A DNA stretch of 64,000 bases from Alphaproteobacteria bacterium (lineage in GTDB: Bacteria; Pseudomonadota; Alphaproteobacteria; CALKHQ01): the NCBI GenBank assembly GCA_965227515.1, contig CBDDFZ010000001.1, positions 2,464,001 through 2,528,000 on the forward strand. Direction: 5' to 3'. The position numbers and the translations under genes are program-made. Positions 29,063 through 42,314 of this stretch are shown here, one piece after another. The notes below the pieces were generated by a model. The model did no database searches. It saw only the letters and a list, made by a program, of their open reading frames with translations, and had not been told where the DNA came from. How positions within the stretch are numbered: the stretch's first letter is position 1; the number at the start of each line of letters is the position of its first letter.

Positions 29063-30634
29063 TCAGTACCGCGCGGTCGCGAATTGCTGGCTGGTCAACT
29101 GGGCGGCCTGGCTGAACAGGTTGCTGTCGGTGATCAGCCGCTGTGCCACCGTCACGTCGACGTCGGTGGTGTCCTCCTCGGGCACGCAGCTTGCGCGCAG
29201 TGCCTGATCCGCGGCGTCGGACTGCGGCGTCGCGCGCCACGCCTCCATCGACTGGCGGGTGCTGGCGATGTTGGAGCGGAAGGCGGCGATCACGGCGGCC
29301 GCGTCGTCGCCGAAGCCGCTGGTGCACACATTCGGCAGGATGCCGCGGCCATGGAACTCATAGCCTGACGGGGCGTGCAGCGCCGACCAGGTGAGGATCA
29401 GCTCGCCGTTGTTGGGCGGGCTCAGCACGGTCTGCACCACGCCTTTGCCGAACGAGGTGGAGCCGACGACGATGGCGCGGCCGGTGTCCTGCAGGGCGGC
29501 CGCCAGCACCTCGGCGGCCGAGGCGGACCGGCCGTTCATCAGCACGACCAGGCTGCGCCCGTTCAGAATGTCCCCGGCCCGCGCCGCGAACTCGTCGCCA
29601 CTGTCGGGGTGGCGTCCCTGCGCCCATCCGACGAGGCCGCGCCCGACGAACAGGTCGGCGGCGATCACCGCCTGGTCCAGCAGCCCACCCGGGTTGTCGC
29701 GCAGGTCGAGCACGACGCCGCTCAGGTTGCCGCCACTCTGGCGCAGAAGCTCGCCGATGGCGTCCTGCAGGTCCTCGGCGGTCGACTGGTTGAAGCCGAG
29801 CACCCTGACGATGCCGATATTGCCTTCCAGCCGCGGATCGACCAGCGATTGCAGGATGAAACCGCGGGTCACCGTCACTTCGAAGGCGGGCGGTTCGCCG
29901 CCGCGCCAGATCGACACCTCGACGCGCGTGCCGATCTGGCCGCGCAGGGCGTTCAGGACCTCGCGCTGGCTCATCGTGTAGACCGATCGTCCCTCGATGG
30001 CGACGATAACGTCGCCGGACTTCAGCCCGGCGTCCTCGCCCGGCGTGTCCGGCAGCACGTTCAGGATCTCGACCCCGTCCTCGGGTGTGTCGTCGATGCC
30101 GATTCCGACCCCGCCGAAGCCATCGCGCTGCGCCCTGTCGTCGGCGGCTTCCGCCGCCGAAAGGTAGCGCGAATAGCTGTCGAGCGTGATCAAGGCGTTG
30201 TCGATCACCGCCTCGTAGATATCCTCCGCGCCGGCGGCAGCCAGGCTGGGCGAGACCGTGCGGCCCGCATTGATGACGTCCGCCGTCAGCGACGCCCATT
30301 GGTCGGGGCTGTTGCTCGCAGGCAACTGGAACTGGGCCACCGGATTGGCGGCATATGACAGGGTCAGGCTGCCGGATGCCTGCTCCACCGAAAACTTGTC
30401 GTCGAGCGTGGCGAGGCCGGCGATGCCGTCGCTGGCAATCTGGGCCACGCTGACCGCGTCGATGTAGCGGCTGTTGATGTTGCGGTAGGTGTAGTCGAAC
30501 ATGCGTTCGGCCGACGCCTGGTTGTAGGTGGCGTTGGGCTCGGTCACCCCGACCGGCGCGGTACAGCCCGCCAACGCCAGCATGGCTGCCGCCATCGTGG
30601 CGGGAACAAGCCGGGTCAGTCTCGGTTCAGTCAT
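29063..30634 (-). CDS. S41 family C-terminal processing peptidase with PDZ domain (lipoprotein)
   Basis: Lipobox LAGC, FGGVGI, VLDLRDNPGGLL, SASAAEVLAAALQD, SFGKGVVQ. Confidence 0.88.
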   Translation of the reverse strand: MTEPRLTRLVPATMAAAMLALAGCTAPVGVTEPNATYNQASAERMFDYTYRNINSRYIDAVSVAQIASDGIAGLATLDDKFSVEQASGSLTLSYAANPVAQFQLPASNSPDQWASLTADVINAGRTVSPSLAAAGAEDIYEAVIDNALITLDSYSRYLSAAEAADDRAQRDGFGGVGIGIDDTPEDGVEILNVLPDTPGEDAGLKSGDVIVAIEGRSVYTMSQREVLNALRGQIGTRVEVSIWRGGEPPAFEVTVTRGFILQSLVDPRLEGNIGIVRVLGFNQSTAEDLQDAIGELLRQSGGNLSGVVLDLRDNPGGLLDQAVIAADLFVGRGLVGWAQGRHPDSGDEFAARAGDILNGRSLVVLMNGRSASAAEVLAAALQDTGRAIVVGSTSFGKGVVQTVLSPPNNGELILTWSALHAPSGYEFHGRGILPNVCTSGFGDDAAAVIAAFRSNIASTRQSMEAWRATPQSDAADQALRASCVPEEDTTDVDVTVAQRLITDSNLFSQAAQLTSQQFATARY

Positions 30635-30835
30635 CGTGTCTTCCGCACACCCATGCATCGTGAGTTGCATCGTGAGTCTTGGGTCCGGTCGCTTTGCGGC
30701 CCGGTTGCCGCCTGGCGGCATGCCTTGCGGGACGCGCCTTGCATCGTGCCGCGTCGATATGGCGACACTTATACAATATTTGTCCGCAATAGCGTTAACA
30801 TGCGTGCGTGCCGTCTGTGCAGGCTGTAGCGACCG

Positions 30836-33133
<2,298 letters not shown>

Positions 33134-33140
33134 CGCGCGC

Positions 33141-35867
33141 TCAGCCGGCAGAGGCGGATGTGTCGCCGCTGTCCTTGCTCTTGGCCTTGCTGGTGCCCTT
33201 GGCCTTGCTGGACTTTGCCTTGCCCGACTTGGCCTTTGTCGTCGCCTTCTTGGCGGCTGGTTTCTTCGCGGCTGCTTTCTTTGGGGCCGCCTTCTTGGCC
33301 CCCGACTTGGCCTTGCCATTGCCGGTCTTCGCGGCCTTGGCGTCGACCAGCGCGACCGCCTCTTCCAGCGTGTAGCCGTCGGTCTCGGTGCCCTTGGGCA
33401 GCGAGGCGTTGATCTTGCCCCATTTCACGTAGGGGCCGTAGCGGCCCTTGTGCAATGTGAGCTCGCCGCCGGAGGGGTGCTCGCCCAGCTTGGCCAGCAC
33501 ACCGCGCGCACCGCCGCTGCTCGCCTTCTCCGCGATCAGGGAGACGGCACGGTTGAGGCCGATCTCCAGCACGTCTTCCAGCGACGGCAGCGAGACATAG
33601 ACGCCGTTGTGGCGCAGATAGGGGCCATACCGGCCGAGGCCGGCCTGGATCGGCTCGCCCGATTCCGGGTGGGCGCCCACCTCGCGCGGCAGCGACAGCA
33701 GCTTCAGCGCCAGCGGCAGGTCGACATCGCCCGGCACCAGGCCCTTGGGGAGCGAGACGCGCTGCGGTTTCTCGCCGTTCTCGCTGCTGCCGGCCTGGAC
33801 GTAGTGGCCGTAGGGGCCCTTGCGCACGCTGACCGGCAGATCCGTGTCGGGGTGCGTGCCCAGCTCGCGCGGGCCGTCGTCGGCCTGGGCCGCCGCCTCG
33901 GCATCGTCCTTCGGCACCGCCAGCGGGCGGGTATGCCGGCATTCCGGGTAGTTCGAGCAGCCGATGAAGGCGCCGTGGCGGCCAAGCCGCAGCCCCAGGC
34001 GTCCATCGCCGCAGGCTGGGCAGACGCGCGGGTCGGTGCCGTCTTCCCGCGCCGGGAAGAAGTGCGGGCCAAGCTCCTCGTCCAGCGCGTCGATGACCTG
34101 GCTGATGGTCAGGTCCTTGGTCTGGTCGACCGCCGCGATGAACGCTTTCCAGAAGTCGCGCAGCACCGCGCGCCAGTCGATCCGCCCGCCGGAAATGTCG
34201 TCGAGCTGGTTCTCCAGGTCGGCGGTGAAGTTGTATTCGACATAGCGCCCGAAGAAGCCGGACAGGAACGCGGTGACCAGACGGCCACGGTCCCCCGGCA
34301 CGAACCGGCGCTTGTCCAGCGACACGTACTCGCGATCCTGCAGCACCTGAATGATGGAGGCGTAGGTGGAGGGGCGGCCGATGCCCAGCTCTTCCATCTT
34401 CTTGACCAGGCTCGCCTCGGTGTAGCGCGGCGGCGGCTGGGTGAAGTGCTGGTCGGCGGCAACGTCTCCAACCTTGTTCTCGTCGCGCTCCTTCAATGCC
34501 GGCAGCGGACGGTCCTGGTCGTTGTCCTGCGCCTCGGGCGCCGCAGCGGCCCCCGCCTTCTCGTCCGGATCGTCGCGATCCTCGCGGTAGACCTTCATGA
34601 AGCCGGGGAAGGCGACGACGCTGCCGGTGGCGCGCAGCCCGATGTCGCCGGCGGGCGAGGTCAGGTCCACGGTCATGCGGTCCATCTCGGCGCTGGCCAT
34701 CTCGCAGGCCACGGTGCGCTTCCAGATCAGCTCATAGAGCCGGCGCTGGTCGCCGTCGAGGTGGTGCTCCATGTCGGCCGGGCGCCGCGACACGTCCGTC
34801 GGGCGGATCGCCTCGTGCGCCTCTTGCGCATTCTTCGCCTTGGTCTTGTAGACGCGCGGCTGGTCCGGCAGGTAGTCGTCGCCATAGAGGTCGGCGATGG
34901 CGTTGCGGATCGACCCGATGGCATCGCGTGAGAGCGTCACACTGTCGGTCCGCATATATGTAATCAGACCAACGGTTTCCGAGCCGATATTAATGCCTTC
35001 ATAGAGCTTCTGGGCGACCTGCATGGTGCGGGTCGCGCTGAACCCGAGCTTGCGCGACGCCTCCTGCTGCAGGGTCGACGTCGTGAACGGCGGCTGCGGG
35101 TGGCGCTTGACCCGCTTGCGCTCGACCGCAGCGACGGTGAAGGTGCCGGCGGCGCGCACCCGGTCTGCGGCGGTGTTGGCGGTCTCCGCGTTGCCCAGCG
35201 CGAACTTGTCCAGCTTCTCGCCGTCCAGCACGCTCAGGCCGGCGACGAACTCCTCGCCGCTGGGCGCGGTCAGCTTGGCATCGACGGTCCAGTACTCGCG
35301 CGGCCGGAACGCCTCGATCTCCGCCTCGCGCTCGCAAATCAGCCTGAGCGCGACCGACTGCACCCGCCCGGCCGAGCGGCTGCCCGGCAGCTTGCGCCAC
35401 AGCACCGGCGACAGGGTGAAGCCGACCAGATAGTCCAGCGCGCGGCGGGCCAGATAGGCGTCGATCAGCGACTGGTCGAGTTCGCGCGGATGCTCGATGG
35501 CATAGAGGACCGCCGATTTGGTGATCTCGTTGAAGGTGACGCGCGAGACCTGCACGCCCTTCAGCGCGCGCTTCTGCGACAGCACCTCCTGCACGTGCCA
35601 GGAGATCGCTTCGCCCTCGCGATCGGGGTCGGTGGCGAGGTAAAGGCGGTCCGCGCCCTTCAGCTCATCGATGATGATCTTGATGTTCTTGGCGCCGCGC
35701 GGGTCGACTTCCCAGTCCATGGCGAAATCGTCCGTCGGGCGCACCGACCCGTCCTTCGGCGGCAGGTCGCGGACGTGTCCGTAGGAGGCGACGACGCGAT
35801 AGTCGTCTCCCAGATACTTGTTGATTGTCTTCGCTTTCGCGGGGGATTCGACGACGACGACGTTCAT
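33141..35867 (-). CDS. topA: DNA topoisomerase I
   Basis: VVVESPAKAKTI, ATDPDREGEAI, SAGRVQS, ITYMRTDS, GIGRPSTY; Lys/Ala-rich tail. Confidence 0.97.
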   Translation of the reverse strand: MNVVVVESPAKAKTINKYLGDDYRVVASYGHVRDLPPKDGSVRPTDDFAMDWEVDPRGAKNIKIIIDELKGADRLYLATDPDREGEAISWHVQEVLSQKRALKGVQVSRVTFNEITKSAVLYAIEHPRELDQSLIDAYLARRALDYLVGFTLSPVLWRKLPGSRSAGRVQSVALRLICEREAEIEAFRPREYWTVDAKLTAPSGEEFVAGLSVLDGEKLDKFALGNAETANTAADRVRAAGTFTVAAVERKRVKRHPQPPFTTSTLQQEASRKLGFSATRTMQVAQKLYEGINIGSETVGLITYMRTDSVTLSRDAIGSIRNAIADLYGDDYLPDQPRVYKTKAKNAQEAHEAIRPTDVSRRPADMEHHLDGDQRRLYELIWKRTVACEMASAEMDRMTVDLTSPAGDIGLRATGSVVAFPGFMKVYREDRDDPDEKAGAAAAPEAQDNDQDRPLPALKERDENKVGDVAADQHFTQPPPRYTEASLVKKMEELGIGRPSTYASIIQVLQDREYVSLDKRRFVPGDRGRLVTAFLSGFFGRYVEYNFTADLENQLDDISGGRIDWRAVLRDFWKAFIAAVDQTKDLTISQVIDALDEELGPHFFPAREDGTDPRVCPACGDGRLGLRLGRHGAFIGCSNYPECRHTRPLAVPKDDAEAAAQADDGPRELGTHPDTDLPVSVRKGPYGHYVQAGSSENGEKPQRVSLPKGLVPGDVDLPLALKLLSLPREVGAHPESGEPIQAGLGRYGPYLRHNGVYVSLPSLEDVLEIGLNRAVSLIAEKASSGGARGVLAKLGEHPSGGELTLHKGRYGPYVKWGKINASLPKGTETDGYTLEEAVALVDAKAAKTGNGKAKSGAKKAAPKKAAAKKPAAKKATTKAKSGKAKSSKAKGTSKAKSKDSGDTSASAG

Positions 35868-35906
35868 GCGTTCGAGCCTGGGGGCATGCGTGGTGTTGTC
35901 TTCTAA

Positions 35907-37049
35907 CTACACGAAATCATTGGGGTTTTCGATATCCGTGGCCAGCGCCACCATGTTGCCGGGGGTGCGGGCAACCTTGCCCGCCAGCTCCAGTTCCAGC
36001 AGCACGGCGTTGGCCTCGGAAGGCGTGACTTCGCATTCTCGGATCAGTTCGTCAACTGCCACCGGTGTCGGCGACAACAGGGAAACGATCCGATCGCGCA
36101 CCGGTTCCAAGCTATCGTCGGCTGGTATGTCGGCCAGCCCGTCGCCATATGGACCGTCCGCCGACGGCTGCAACGGGCGCGTCATCCGGGGCGCGAGCAC
36201 GTTCATGATATCGTCCACCGTTTCGGTCAGCACCGCACCTTCGCGGATCAAGTTGTTGGTACCGTGGCAGCGCGGGTCCAGCGGCGACCCGGGCACAGCG
36301 AATACCTCGCGACCCTGCTCGCCGGCCAGCCGGGCGGTGATCAGCGAGCCTGAGCGTTTGGCGGCCTCCACCACCACGGTGCCCAGCGACAGTCCCGATA
36401 TGATCCGGTTGCGGCGCGGAAAGTGGCGCGCCTGCGGCCGGGTGCCGAACGGCTGCTCGGCGACGATGCAGCCGCGCGCGGCGATGTCCTGCTGCAACGC
36501 CTGGTGCTCCGGCGGATAGACCACGTCCACGCCGCCAGCGACGACCGCGACGGTGCCGCGTTCCAGCGCGCCGGTGTGGGCGGCGGCATCGATGCCGCGG
36601 GCGAGTCCCGAAACCACCGTCATGTCCGCCTTGCCGAGCGCGTTGGCCAGCCCGCGCGCGAATTTCATGCCGATGGCCGATGCATTGCGGGCGCCGACCA
36701 TGCCGACGCAGGGCCGGTTGAGCAGGCCGGCATCGCCCAGCACCGAAATCACCGGCGGCGCGTCCTCGATGGCGGCGAGGGCCGGCGGATAGTCCGGCTC
36801 GCACATGGCAATCAGACGGCCGCCAACGGCTGTCAGGGCGGCAACTTCGCGCTCTGCATCCCGGCGGTCGACGACGCGGACCGGCTTGCCACGCCCGCCG
36901 CGCCGGCTGAGCCCCGGCAGCGCGTCGATGGCCGCCGCTGCGGTGCCGAACCGGCGCAGCAGCGCGTGAAACGTGATTGGCCCAACGTTCTCGGTGCGGA
37001 TCAGGCGCAGCCAGTCCAGCCGCTCGGCCGCGCCCAATGCGCGCGTCAT
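35907..37049 (-). CDS. dprA: DNA-processing protein DprA
   Basis: VGARNAS, VSGLARGIDAAAH, FPRRNRIISG, VVEAAKRSGSLITA. Confidence 0.95.
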   Translation of the reverse strand: MTRALGAAERLDWLRLIRTENVGPITFHALLRRFGTAAAAIDALPGLSRRGGRGKPVRVVDRRDAEREVAALTAVGGRLIAMCEPDYPPALAAIEDAPPVISVLGDAGLLNRPCVGMVGARNASAIGMKFARGLANALGKADMTVVSGLARGIDAAAHTGALERGTVAVVAGGVDVVYPPEHQALQQDIAARGCIVAEQPFGTRPQARHFPRRNRIISGLSLGTVVVEAAKRSGSLITARLAGEQGREVFAVPGSPLDPRCHGTNNLIREGAVLTETVDDIMNVLAPRMTRPLQPSADGPYGDGLADIPADDSLEPVRDRIVSLLSPTPVAVDELIRECEVTPSEANAVLLELELAGKVARTPGNMVALATDIENPNDFV

Positions 37050-37777
37050 GCGGCCTTCTTGCCGATGCGCGGCTCCTCGCCCTTGAACAGGCGGACGATG
37101 TTGGCGCGATGCTTGATCCAGATCAGGATGGCCAGCAGGATTCCCAAGGTCCTGAGCGGCTCAAAGAAGAAATGAAAATAGAATGGCACCAGCGCGAACG
37201 TGCCCAGCGCCGCGAATGACGAATACCGCGACGCCAGTGCCAGGATTGCCCAGCTCATCAGCGCGGCGACGCCGACCAACGGTTCCAGCGCCAGGCACAC
37301 TGCCAGCCCCGAGGCGACGCCCTTGCCGCCACGAAAGCCCAGCCAGACCGGGAACATATGGCCGAGCACTGCGGCAAGCCCGGTGACGCCGCTCGCGGCG
37401 ACTTGGAGCGAGCCGTCGAAGAACTCGAGCGGCATGCCATCCAGGACAGCCGCGTCGGGTGGCGGCGTGAAGATGTCGTAGAACGCGAACGCGACGACCA
37501 GCGTGGGCAGGGCGGCCTTGCACGCATCGAGCATCAGGGTGGCGGCGGCAATGTCCTTGCGGCCGGTGCGCAGCACGTTGGTGGCGCCGATGTTGCCGGA
37601 GCCAATCTTGCGGATGTCGCCCAGGCCGGCGACGCGGGTGAGAATCAAGCCGAACGGGATTGACCCCGACAGATAACCGAACGCGGCGCAGAACAGGATG
37701 GACGCCCATCCGATCTCAAAGGCGATGCTCGCAGGCATGGTAGTCAGGTCGCTCCAAATGGGCTGCGTTGCCGGCAA
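37046..37777 (-). CDS. plsY: Glycerol-3-phosphate acyltransferase PlsY
   Basis: GSIPFG, GSGNIGATNVLR, GHMFPVWLGFRGGKGVA, HRANIVRL..GEE; start uncertain. Confidence 0.93.
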   Translation of the reverse strand: MPATQPIWSDLTTMPASIAFEIGWASILFCAAFGYLSGSIPFGLILTRVAGLGDIRKIGSGNIGATNVLRTGRKDIAAATLMLDACKAALPTLVVAFAFYDIFTPPPDAAVLDGMPLEFFDGSLQVAASGVTGLAAVLGHMFPVWLGFRGGKGVASGLAVCLALEPLVGVAALMSWAILALASRYSSFAALGTFALVPFYFHFFFEPLRTLGILLAILIWIKHRANIVRLFKGEEPRIGKKAA

Positions 37778-37828
37778 GTAATCACATCTGCGCGCTGCAA
37801 TCGATACGGCATGTTGCCCTACTCAGGC

Positions 37829-37909
37829 TGTCATCCTCGGCCGAAGCGAAGCGGAGCGGCGCGTTGAACGCCCTCCGCGTCATGGCCGGGTCAAGCCCGC
37901 GCATGACGG
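37829..37909. repeat. Degenerate palindromic element related to family B
   Basis: cgtcatggccgggtcaagcccgcgcatgacg hairpin. Confidence 0.55.
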
Positions 37910-37920
37910 CGTTGAGGATT

Positions 37921-38397
37921 CTAGGCCGAGCCCTTCCCCAACCGATCCAGCGCCGACTGCAGGATGTAAGCGGCAGCGGCCTTGTCGACCAGTTCGCCAC
38001 GTCGCCGCCGGCTGAGATCGGCCTCGTCGGTCAGCATGCGCTCCACCGCCGCCGTCGACAGCCGCTCATCCCAGAACGCCAGCGGCAGGTCGCGGCGCTT
38101 GAGCAGATTGTGGGCGAACGCCTTGGTCGACTGGGCGCGCGGCCCGGTTGTGCCGTCCATGTTGAGCGGCAGGCCGAGCACGATGCCGTGCACGCCGTGT
38201 CGGTCGATCACCCCGAACAGGGCGTCCAGATCCGGCCCCAGCTTCTTGCCGCGACGGATGGTGTCCAGAGGGGTCGCGATGGTCCAGCGCGTGTCGCTCA
38301 GCGCCATGCCGATGGTGCGGGTGCCAAGGTCGAGCCCCAGCAGCCGGCCGTCGCGCGGGCGACCCTCCGACAGATCAGCCAGCTCGACAATCGCCAC
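37921..38397 (-). CDS. ruvX: Pre-16S rRNA nuclease YqgF / RuvX
   Basis: LLGLDLGTRTIGMALSD, VLGLPLNMDG, WDERLST, VDKAAAAYILQ; GTG start overlaps permease TAG. Confidence 0.92.
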   Translation of the reverse strand: MAIVELADLSEGRPRDGRLLGLDLGTRTIGMALSDTRWTIATPLDTIRRGKKLGPDLDALFGVIDRHGVHGIVLGLPLNMDGTTGPRAQSTKAFAHNLLKRRDLPLAFWDERLSTAAVERMLTDEADLSRRRRGELVDKAAAAYILQSALDRLGKGSA

Positions 38398-39239
38398 TAG
38401 CGTTCTTTCCGATACAGCACCATCGCGATCGGCGCGAAAATCGCGGTGATCACCGCCGGGCCGATCAGCGCCAAGCCGATGTCGGCCCAGTCGCCGGTGC
38501 CATGCACGATGCCACGGATCGCCGTGGTCATCAGCGCCACTGGGTTGACCGCGACGATGGCCTGCAGCCACTCCGGCATGGTGGCCGGGTCGATGTAGAC
38601 GTTGGACAGGAACACCACCGGCATCAGCACCAGCCAGCTGAGCGTCATGACGGTCGACGGCGTGCGCACGATCAGCCCGACGCAGGTAAACACCCAGCCG
38701 ATGCCGGTGGCGAACACCAGCAGCAGCAGGGTGGCCAGCACCAGGGCCATGTACCCGGCCTCCGGCGTGAAACCCAGGATCAGCCCCACCGCGATGACCA
38801 GCGCGGACGACACCGCATGGCGCATCAAATCGCCGCCGATGGCGCCGGCAATCGGCGACGGCGACCAGATCGGCATCGACTTGAAGCGGTCGAAGATGCC
38901 CTTGGAGATGTCGGTGTTCAGGGTGAAGCCGGTGTAGATGCAGGTGAACATCACCGTCTGCACCATGATTCCAGGCAGCAGGAACTGCAGGTAGGCATCG
39001 GTGGAGCCGGCCACCGCGCCGCCGAACAAGAAGGTGAACATGATGGTGAACATCACCGGCGTCACCACCATGTCGAACACCTGCTCCGGGCCGTGCTTGA
39101 TCTTCAGCCACGCCCGCCACGCGAAAGTGGCGACGTTGGCCAGCGCGCCGGGCGGTTGCGGCGCGCGGCGTTCGGCCAGCGCGGTGATCAGGTCGCGGTC
39201 CAGACTGGCATCGCCGCCATTGTCCACCTGCACGCTCAT
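38397..39239 (-). CDS. ABC-2 exporter permease (DrrB-like)
   Basis: [25 protein letters not shown]...VNP. Confidence 0.85.
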   Translation of the reverse strand: MSVQVDNGGDASLDRDLITALAERRAPQPPGALANVATFAWRAWLKIKHGPEQVFDMVVTPVMFTIMFTFLFGGAVAGSTDAYLQFLLPGIMVQTVMFTCIYTGFTLNTDISKGIFDRFKSMPIWSPSPIAGAIGGDLMRHAVSSALVIAVGLILGFTPEAGYMALVLATLLLLVFATGIGWVFTCVGLIVRTPSTVMTLSWLVLMPVVFLSNVYIDPATMPEWLQAIVAVNPVALMTTAIRGIVHGTGDWADIGLALIGPAVITAIFAPIAMVLYRKER

Positions 39240-40237
39240 TGCGCTGCCTCCTGCTGCTGCGGTGCCGGGTCGTCGGGCTTGCGCGCCTTGCCGGTCAGCG
39301 CGAAGAACACCTCGTCCAGGCTGGGCCGGCCGAGCGAGAAGTCGGTCACCTCCAGCCCCTCAGCCTGCAGGGCGGCCAGAGCCTCGGTCGCCTGGCGCGG
39401 CTCGGCGATCTGTGCCGCCAGCGCGTGGCGGTCGGTCTCCGCGCGCACCTGGCCGTCCAACCGCGCCGTCAGCAGCGCGATTGCGTCGTCGCGCCGGTCC
39501 GCGTCAGCGAGCCGGACGTGCAGCACGCTGGTGCCCAGCGAGGCTTTCAGCTCGGCGCTGGTCCCTTCCGCGATCACCGTGCCGTGGTCGATGACGGCGA
39601 TGCGGTCGGCAAGCTGGTCGGCCTCCTCCAGGTACTGGGTCGTCAGCAGCACCGTGGTGCCGCCGGCGACCAGCGCGCGGATGATTTCCCACACCTGGCC
39701 ACGGCTGCGCGGGTCGAGCCCGGTCGTCGGCTCGTCAAGGAACAGCAGTTCCGGCGTGGCGATGATGCTGGCGGCGATATCCAGCCTGCGCCGCATGCCG
39801 CCGGAATAGGTGCGCACCTGGCGCTTGGCGGCATCGTCCAGCCCGAATGCGCGCAACAGTTCGGCGGCGCGCGCTTTCGCTTGCGCGCGGCCGAAGCCGA
39901 GGAGGCGGGCCAGCAGCACCATGTTCTCGGTACCGGACAGGTCCTCGTCGACCGAGGCGAACTGGCCGGTCAGGCTGATCCGCCGCCGGACCTCGGCCGG
40001 GGCCTGCGCCACGTCGTGGCCCAGGACGCAGGCGGTGCCGCCGGTGGGCCGCAGCAGGGTGGCCAGCAGGCGCACCAGCGTGGTTTTGCCGGCGCCATTG
40101 GGGCCGAGCAGGCCGTAGATCGAGCCCTGGCGCACCGACAGGCTGACGCCGTCGACGGCATGGGTGTCGCCGAAGTGCTTGACCAGATCGACGGTCTCGA
40201 TCGCGAGCTGTATCTGAGAGGAAGACGATATCGACAT
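39236..40237 (-). CDS. ABC exporter ATP-binding protein (DrrA-like)
   Basis: [55 protein letters not shown]. Confidence 0.88.
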   Translation of the reverse strand: MSISSSSQIQLAIETVDLVKHFGDTHAVDGVSLSVRQGSIYGLLGPNGAGKTTLVRLLATLLRPTGGTACVLGHDVAQAPAEVRRRISLTGQFASVDEDLSGTENMVLLARLLGFGRAQAKARAAELLRAFGLDDAAKRQVRTYSGGMRRRLDIAASIIATPELLFLDEPTTGLDPRSRGQVWEIIRALVAGGTTVLLTTQYLEEADQLADRIAVIDHGTVIAEGTSAELKASLGTSVLHVRLADADRRDDAIALLTARLDGQVRAETDRHALAAQIAEPRQATEALAALQAEGLEVTDFSLGRPSLDEVFFALTGKARKPDDPAPQQQEAAQ

Positions 40238-40512
40238 GAAAAACGCAAAGCGGCCTGCGCCACTCGATTGGGTCAAGGGGCGCGGCGGTTGAAAGAGATA
40301 GCGATGTAGGTTGGCCGGCGGCTGACGTTGCATAGCCCGCCCGGCCGCGTGCGTCGAGTGACAATCGACACACCCGGCGACACACGCCGATACTCTGCCG
40401 ACAACTCCTGCCACACGCGCCGCCATGCACGTTCGCCCGCTTGCAGCGAGGGCCGCGCGAGTGATAGTTTCCGGCCGCTTTTTCCACATCCGAGCCCGTC
40501 AGGAACATCGGC

Positions 40513-40800
40513 ATGGCCCTCGACACCGAAACCGTGCGCCGCGTCGCGCGGCTGGCGCGTATCCGCGTCAGCGACGACGAGATCGAAAGCCTCAGCACCG
40601 AGCTGCAGCACATCATGGGCTGGATCGACCAGCTCAATGAGGTCGACACCGCGAACGTCGAGCCGATGACCAGCGCGGTCGAGATGGGGCTGCGCTGGCG
40701 CGAGGACGGGGTGACCGACGGCGGCGCGGTCGACGATGTGCTGGCCAACGCGCCGGCCCGCTCCGACGCCTTCTATACTGTTCCGAAAGTGGTTGAATGA
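40513..40800 (+). CDS. gatC: Asp/Glu-tRNA amidotransferase subunit C
   Basis: [10 protein letters not shown]...VEQL-like, [14 protein letters not shown]. Confidence 0.95.
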   Translation: MALDTETVRRVARLARIRVSDDEIESLSTELQHIMGWIDQLNEVDTANVEPMTSAVEMGLRWREDGVTDGGAVDDVLANAPARSDAFYTVPKVVE

Positions 40801-42293
40801 CGTCCGATATCACATTGACGCATATGACATTGGCGGAGGCGCGCGACAGCCTGCGACAGGGTGCGTTCACCGCTCGTGAGCTGTGCGAGGCGCACCTGCT
40901 GTCGGTGGACCAGCACGCCGGCCTCAACGCCATGATCACGGTCACCTCCGACCAGGCGCTCGACATGGCCGATGCCGCCGACCGCCAGTTGGCCGACCAT
41001 CGCGACGGCGGCGCGGCGCCGGGTGCGCTCGCCGGCATTCCGGTGGCGGTGAAGGATCTGTTCTGCACCGTCGGCGTGCCGACGACGGCGGGCAGCCACA
41101 TCCTGGACGGTTTCACCCCGACCTACGAGAGCACGGTGACGTCGAACCTGTGGGCGGCCGGTGCGGTGATGCTGGGCAAGACCAATCTGGACGAGTTCGC
41201 CATGGGCTCGTCGAACCTGACCAGCTACTACGGCCCGGCGGTCAACCCGTGGCGGGCGGCGGGCGATGACCGGCCCCGCGTCACCGGCGGCTCCTCCGGC
41301 GGCTCGGCGGCGGCGGTGGCGGCGCACATGGCGCTGGGGTCCATCGGCACCGATACCGGCGGGTCGATCCGCCAGCCGGCCTCGTTCTGTGGCGTGGTCG
41401 GCGTGAAGCCGAGCTACGGCCGCTGCTCGCGCTGGGGCGTGGTGGCGTTCGCCTCCTCGCTCGACCATCCGGGCCCGTTCGCCCGCACCGTGCGCGACGG
41501 CGCCATCATGCTGGGCGCGATGGCCGGCTTCGATCCCAAGGACTCGACCAGCGTCGACGTGGCGGTGCCGGACTACGAGGCGTCGCTCGGCGATGGCGTG
41601 CGCGGGCTGAAGATCGGCATCCCGAAGGAGTACCGCACGGACGACATGCCAACTGCCATCGAGGCGTTGTGGCAGGCCGGCGCCGACTGGCTGAAGGCGG
41701 CCGGCGCTGAGATCGTGGAGATCAGCCTGCCGCACACCAAATACGCGCTGCCGGCCTACTACATCATCGCTCCGGCGGAGGCGTCCTCGAACCTCGCCCG
41801 CTATGACGGGGTGCGCTATGGCCTGCGCTCCGAAGGCGCCGACCTGACCGAGATGTACGAGAACACCAGGGGCGACGGTTTCGGCGCGGAGGTCCGGCGG
41901 CGGGTGCTGATCGGCACCTACGTGCTCTCCGCCGGCTACTACGACGCCTACTACAACAAGGCGCGCCGTGTGCGGCAGCAGATCGCCGACGACTTCGCGG
42001 CCGCGTTCCGCGATGTCGACGCCATCCTGACGCCGACGACGCCGAATGCCGCCTTCCCGGTGGACGAGCCGATGACCGATCCGGTCGAGATGTACCTGAA
42101 CGACGTGTTCACGGTGCCGGCGGACCTGGCCGGCATTCCCGGCATCTCGGTGCCGAGTGGTCTGACCGACGACGGCCTGCCGCTGGGCCTGCAGGTGCTG
42201 GCGCCGGCGTTCGAGGAGACGACGGCGTTCCGGGTCGCCCAGGCGATCGAGGATGCGGCCGATTTCGCGGCCCTGCCGGGGGGAGATGCGTGA
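40797..42293 (+). CDS. gatA: Asp/Glu-tRNA amidotransferase subunit A
   Basis: [48 protein letters not shown]. Confidence 0.96.
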   Translation: MTSDITLTHMTLAEARDSLRQGAFTARELCEAHLLSVDQHAGLNAMITVTSDQALDMADAADRQLADHRDGGAAPGALAGIPVAVKDLFCTVGVPTTAGSHILDGFTPTYESTVTSNLWAAGAVMLGKTNLDEFAMGSSNLTSYYGPAVNPWRAAGDDRPRVTGGSSGGSAAAVAAHMALGSIGTDTGGSIRQPASFCGVVGVKPSYGRCSRWGVVAFASSLDHPGPFARTVRDGAIMLGAMAGFDPKDSTSVDVAVPDYEASLGDGVRGLKIGIPKEYRTDDMPTAIEALWQAGADWLKAAGAEIVEISLPHTKYALPAYYIIAPAEASSNLARYDGVRYGLRSEGADLTEMYENTRGDGFGAEVRRRVLIGTYVLSAGYYDAYYNKARRVRQQIADDFAAAFRDVDAILTPTTPNAAFPVDEPMTDPVEMYLNDVFTVPADLAGIPGISVPSGLTDDGLPLGLQVLAPAFEETTAFRVAQAIEDAADFAALPGGDA

Positions 42294-42314
42294 TGGCGCT
42301 GATTTGAGGAAAAG

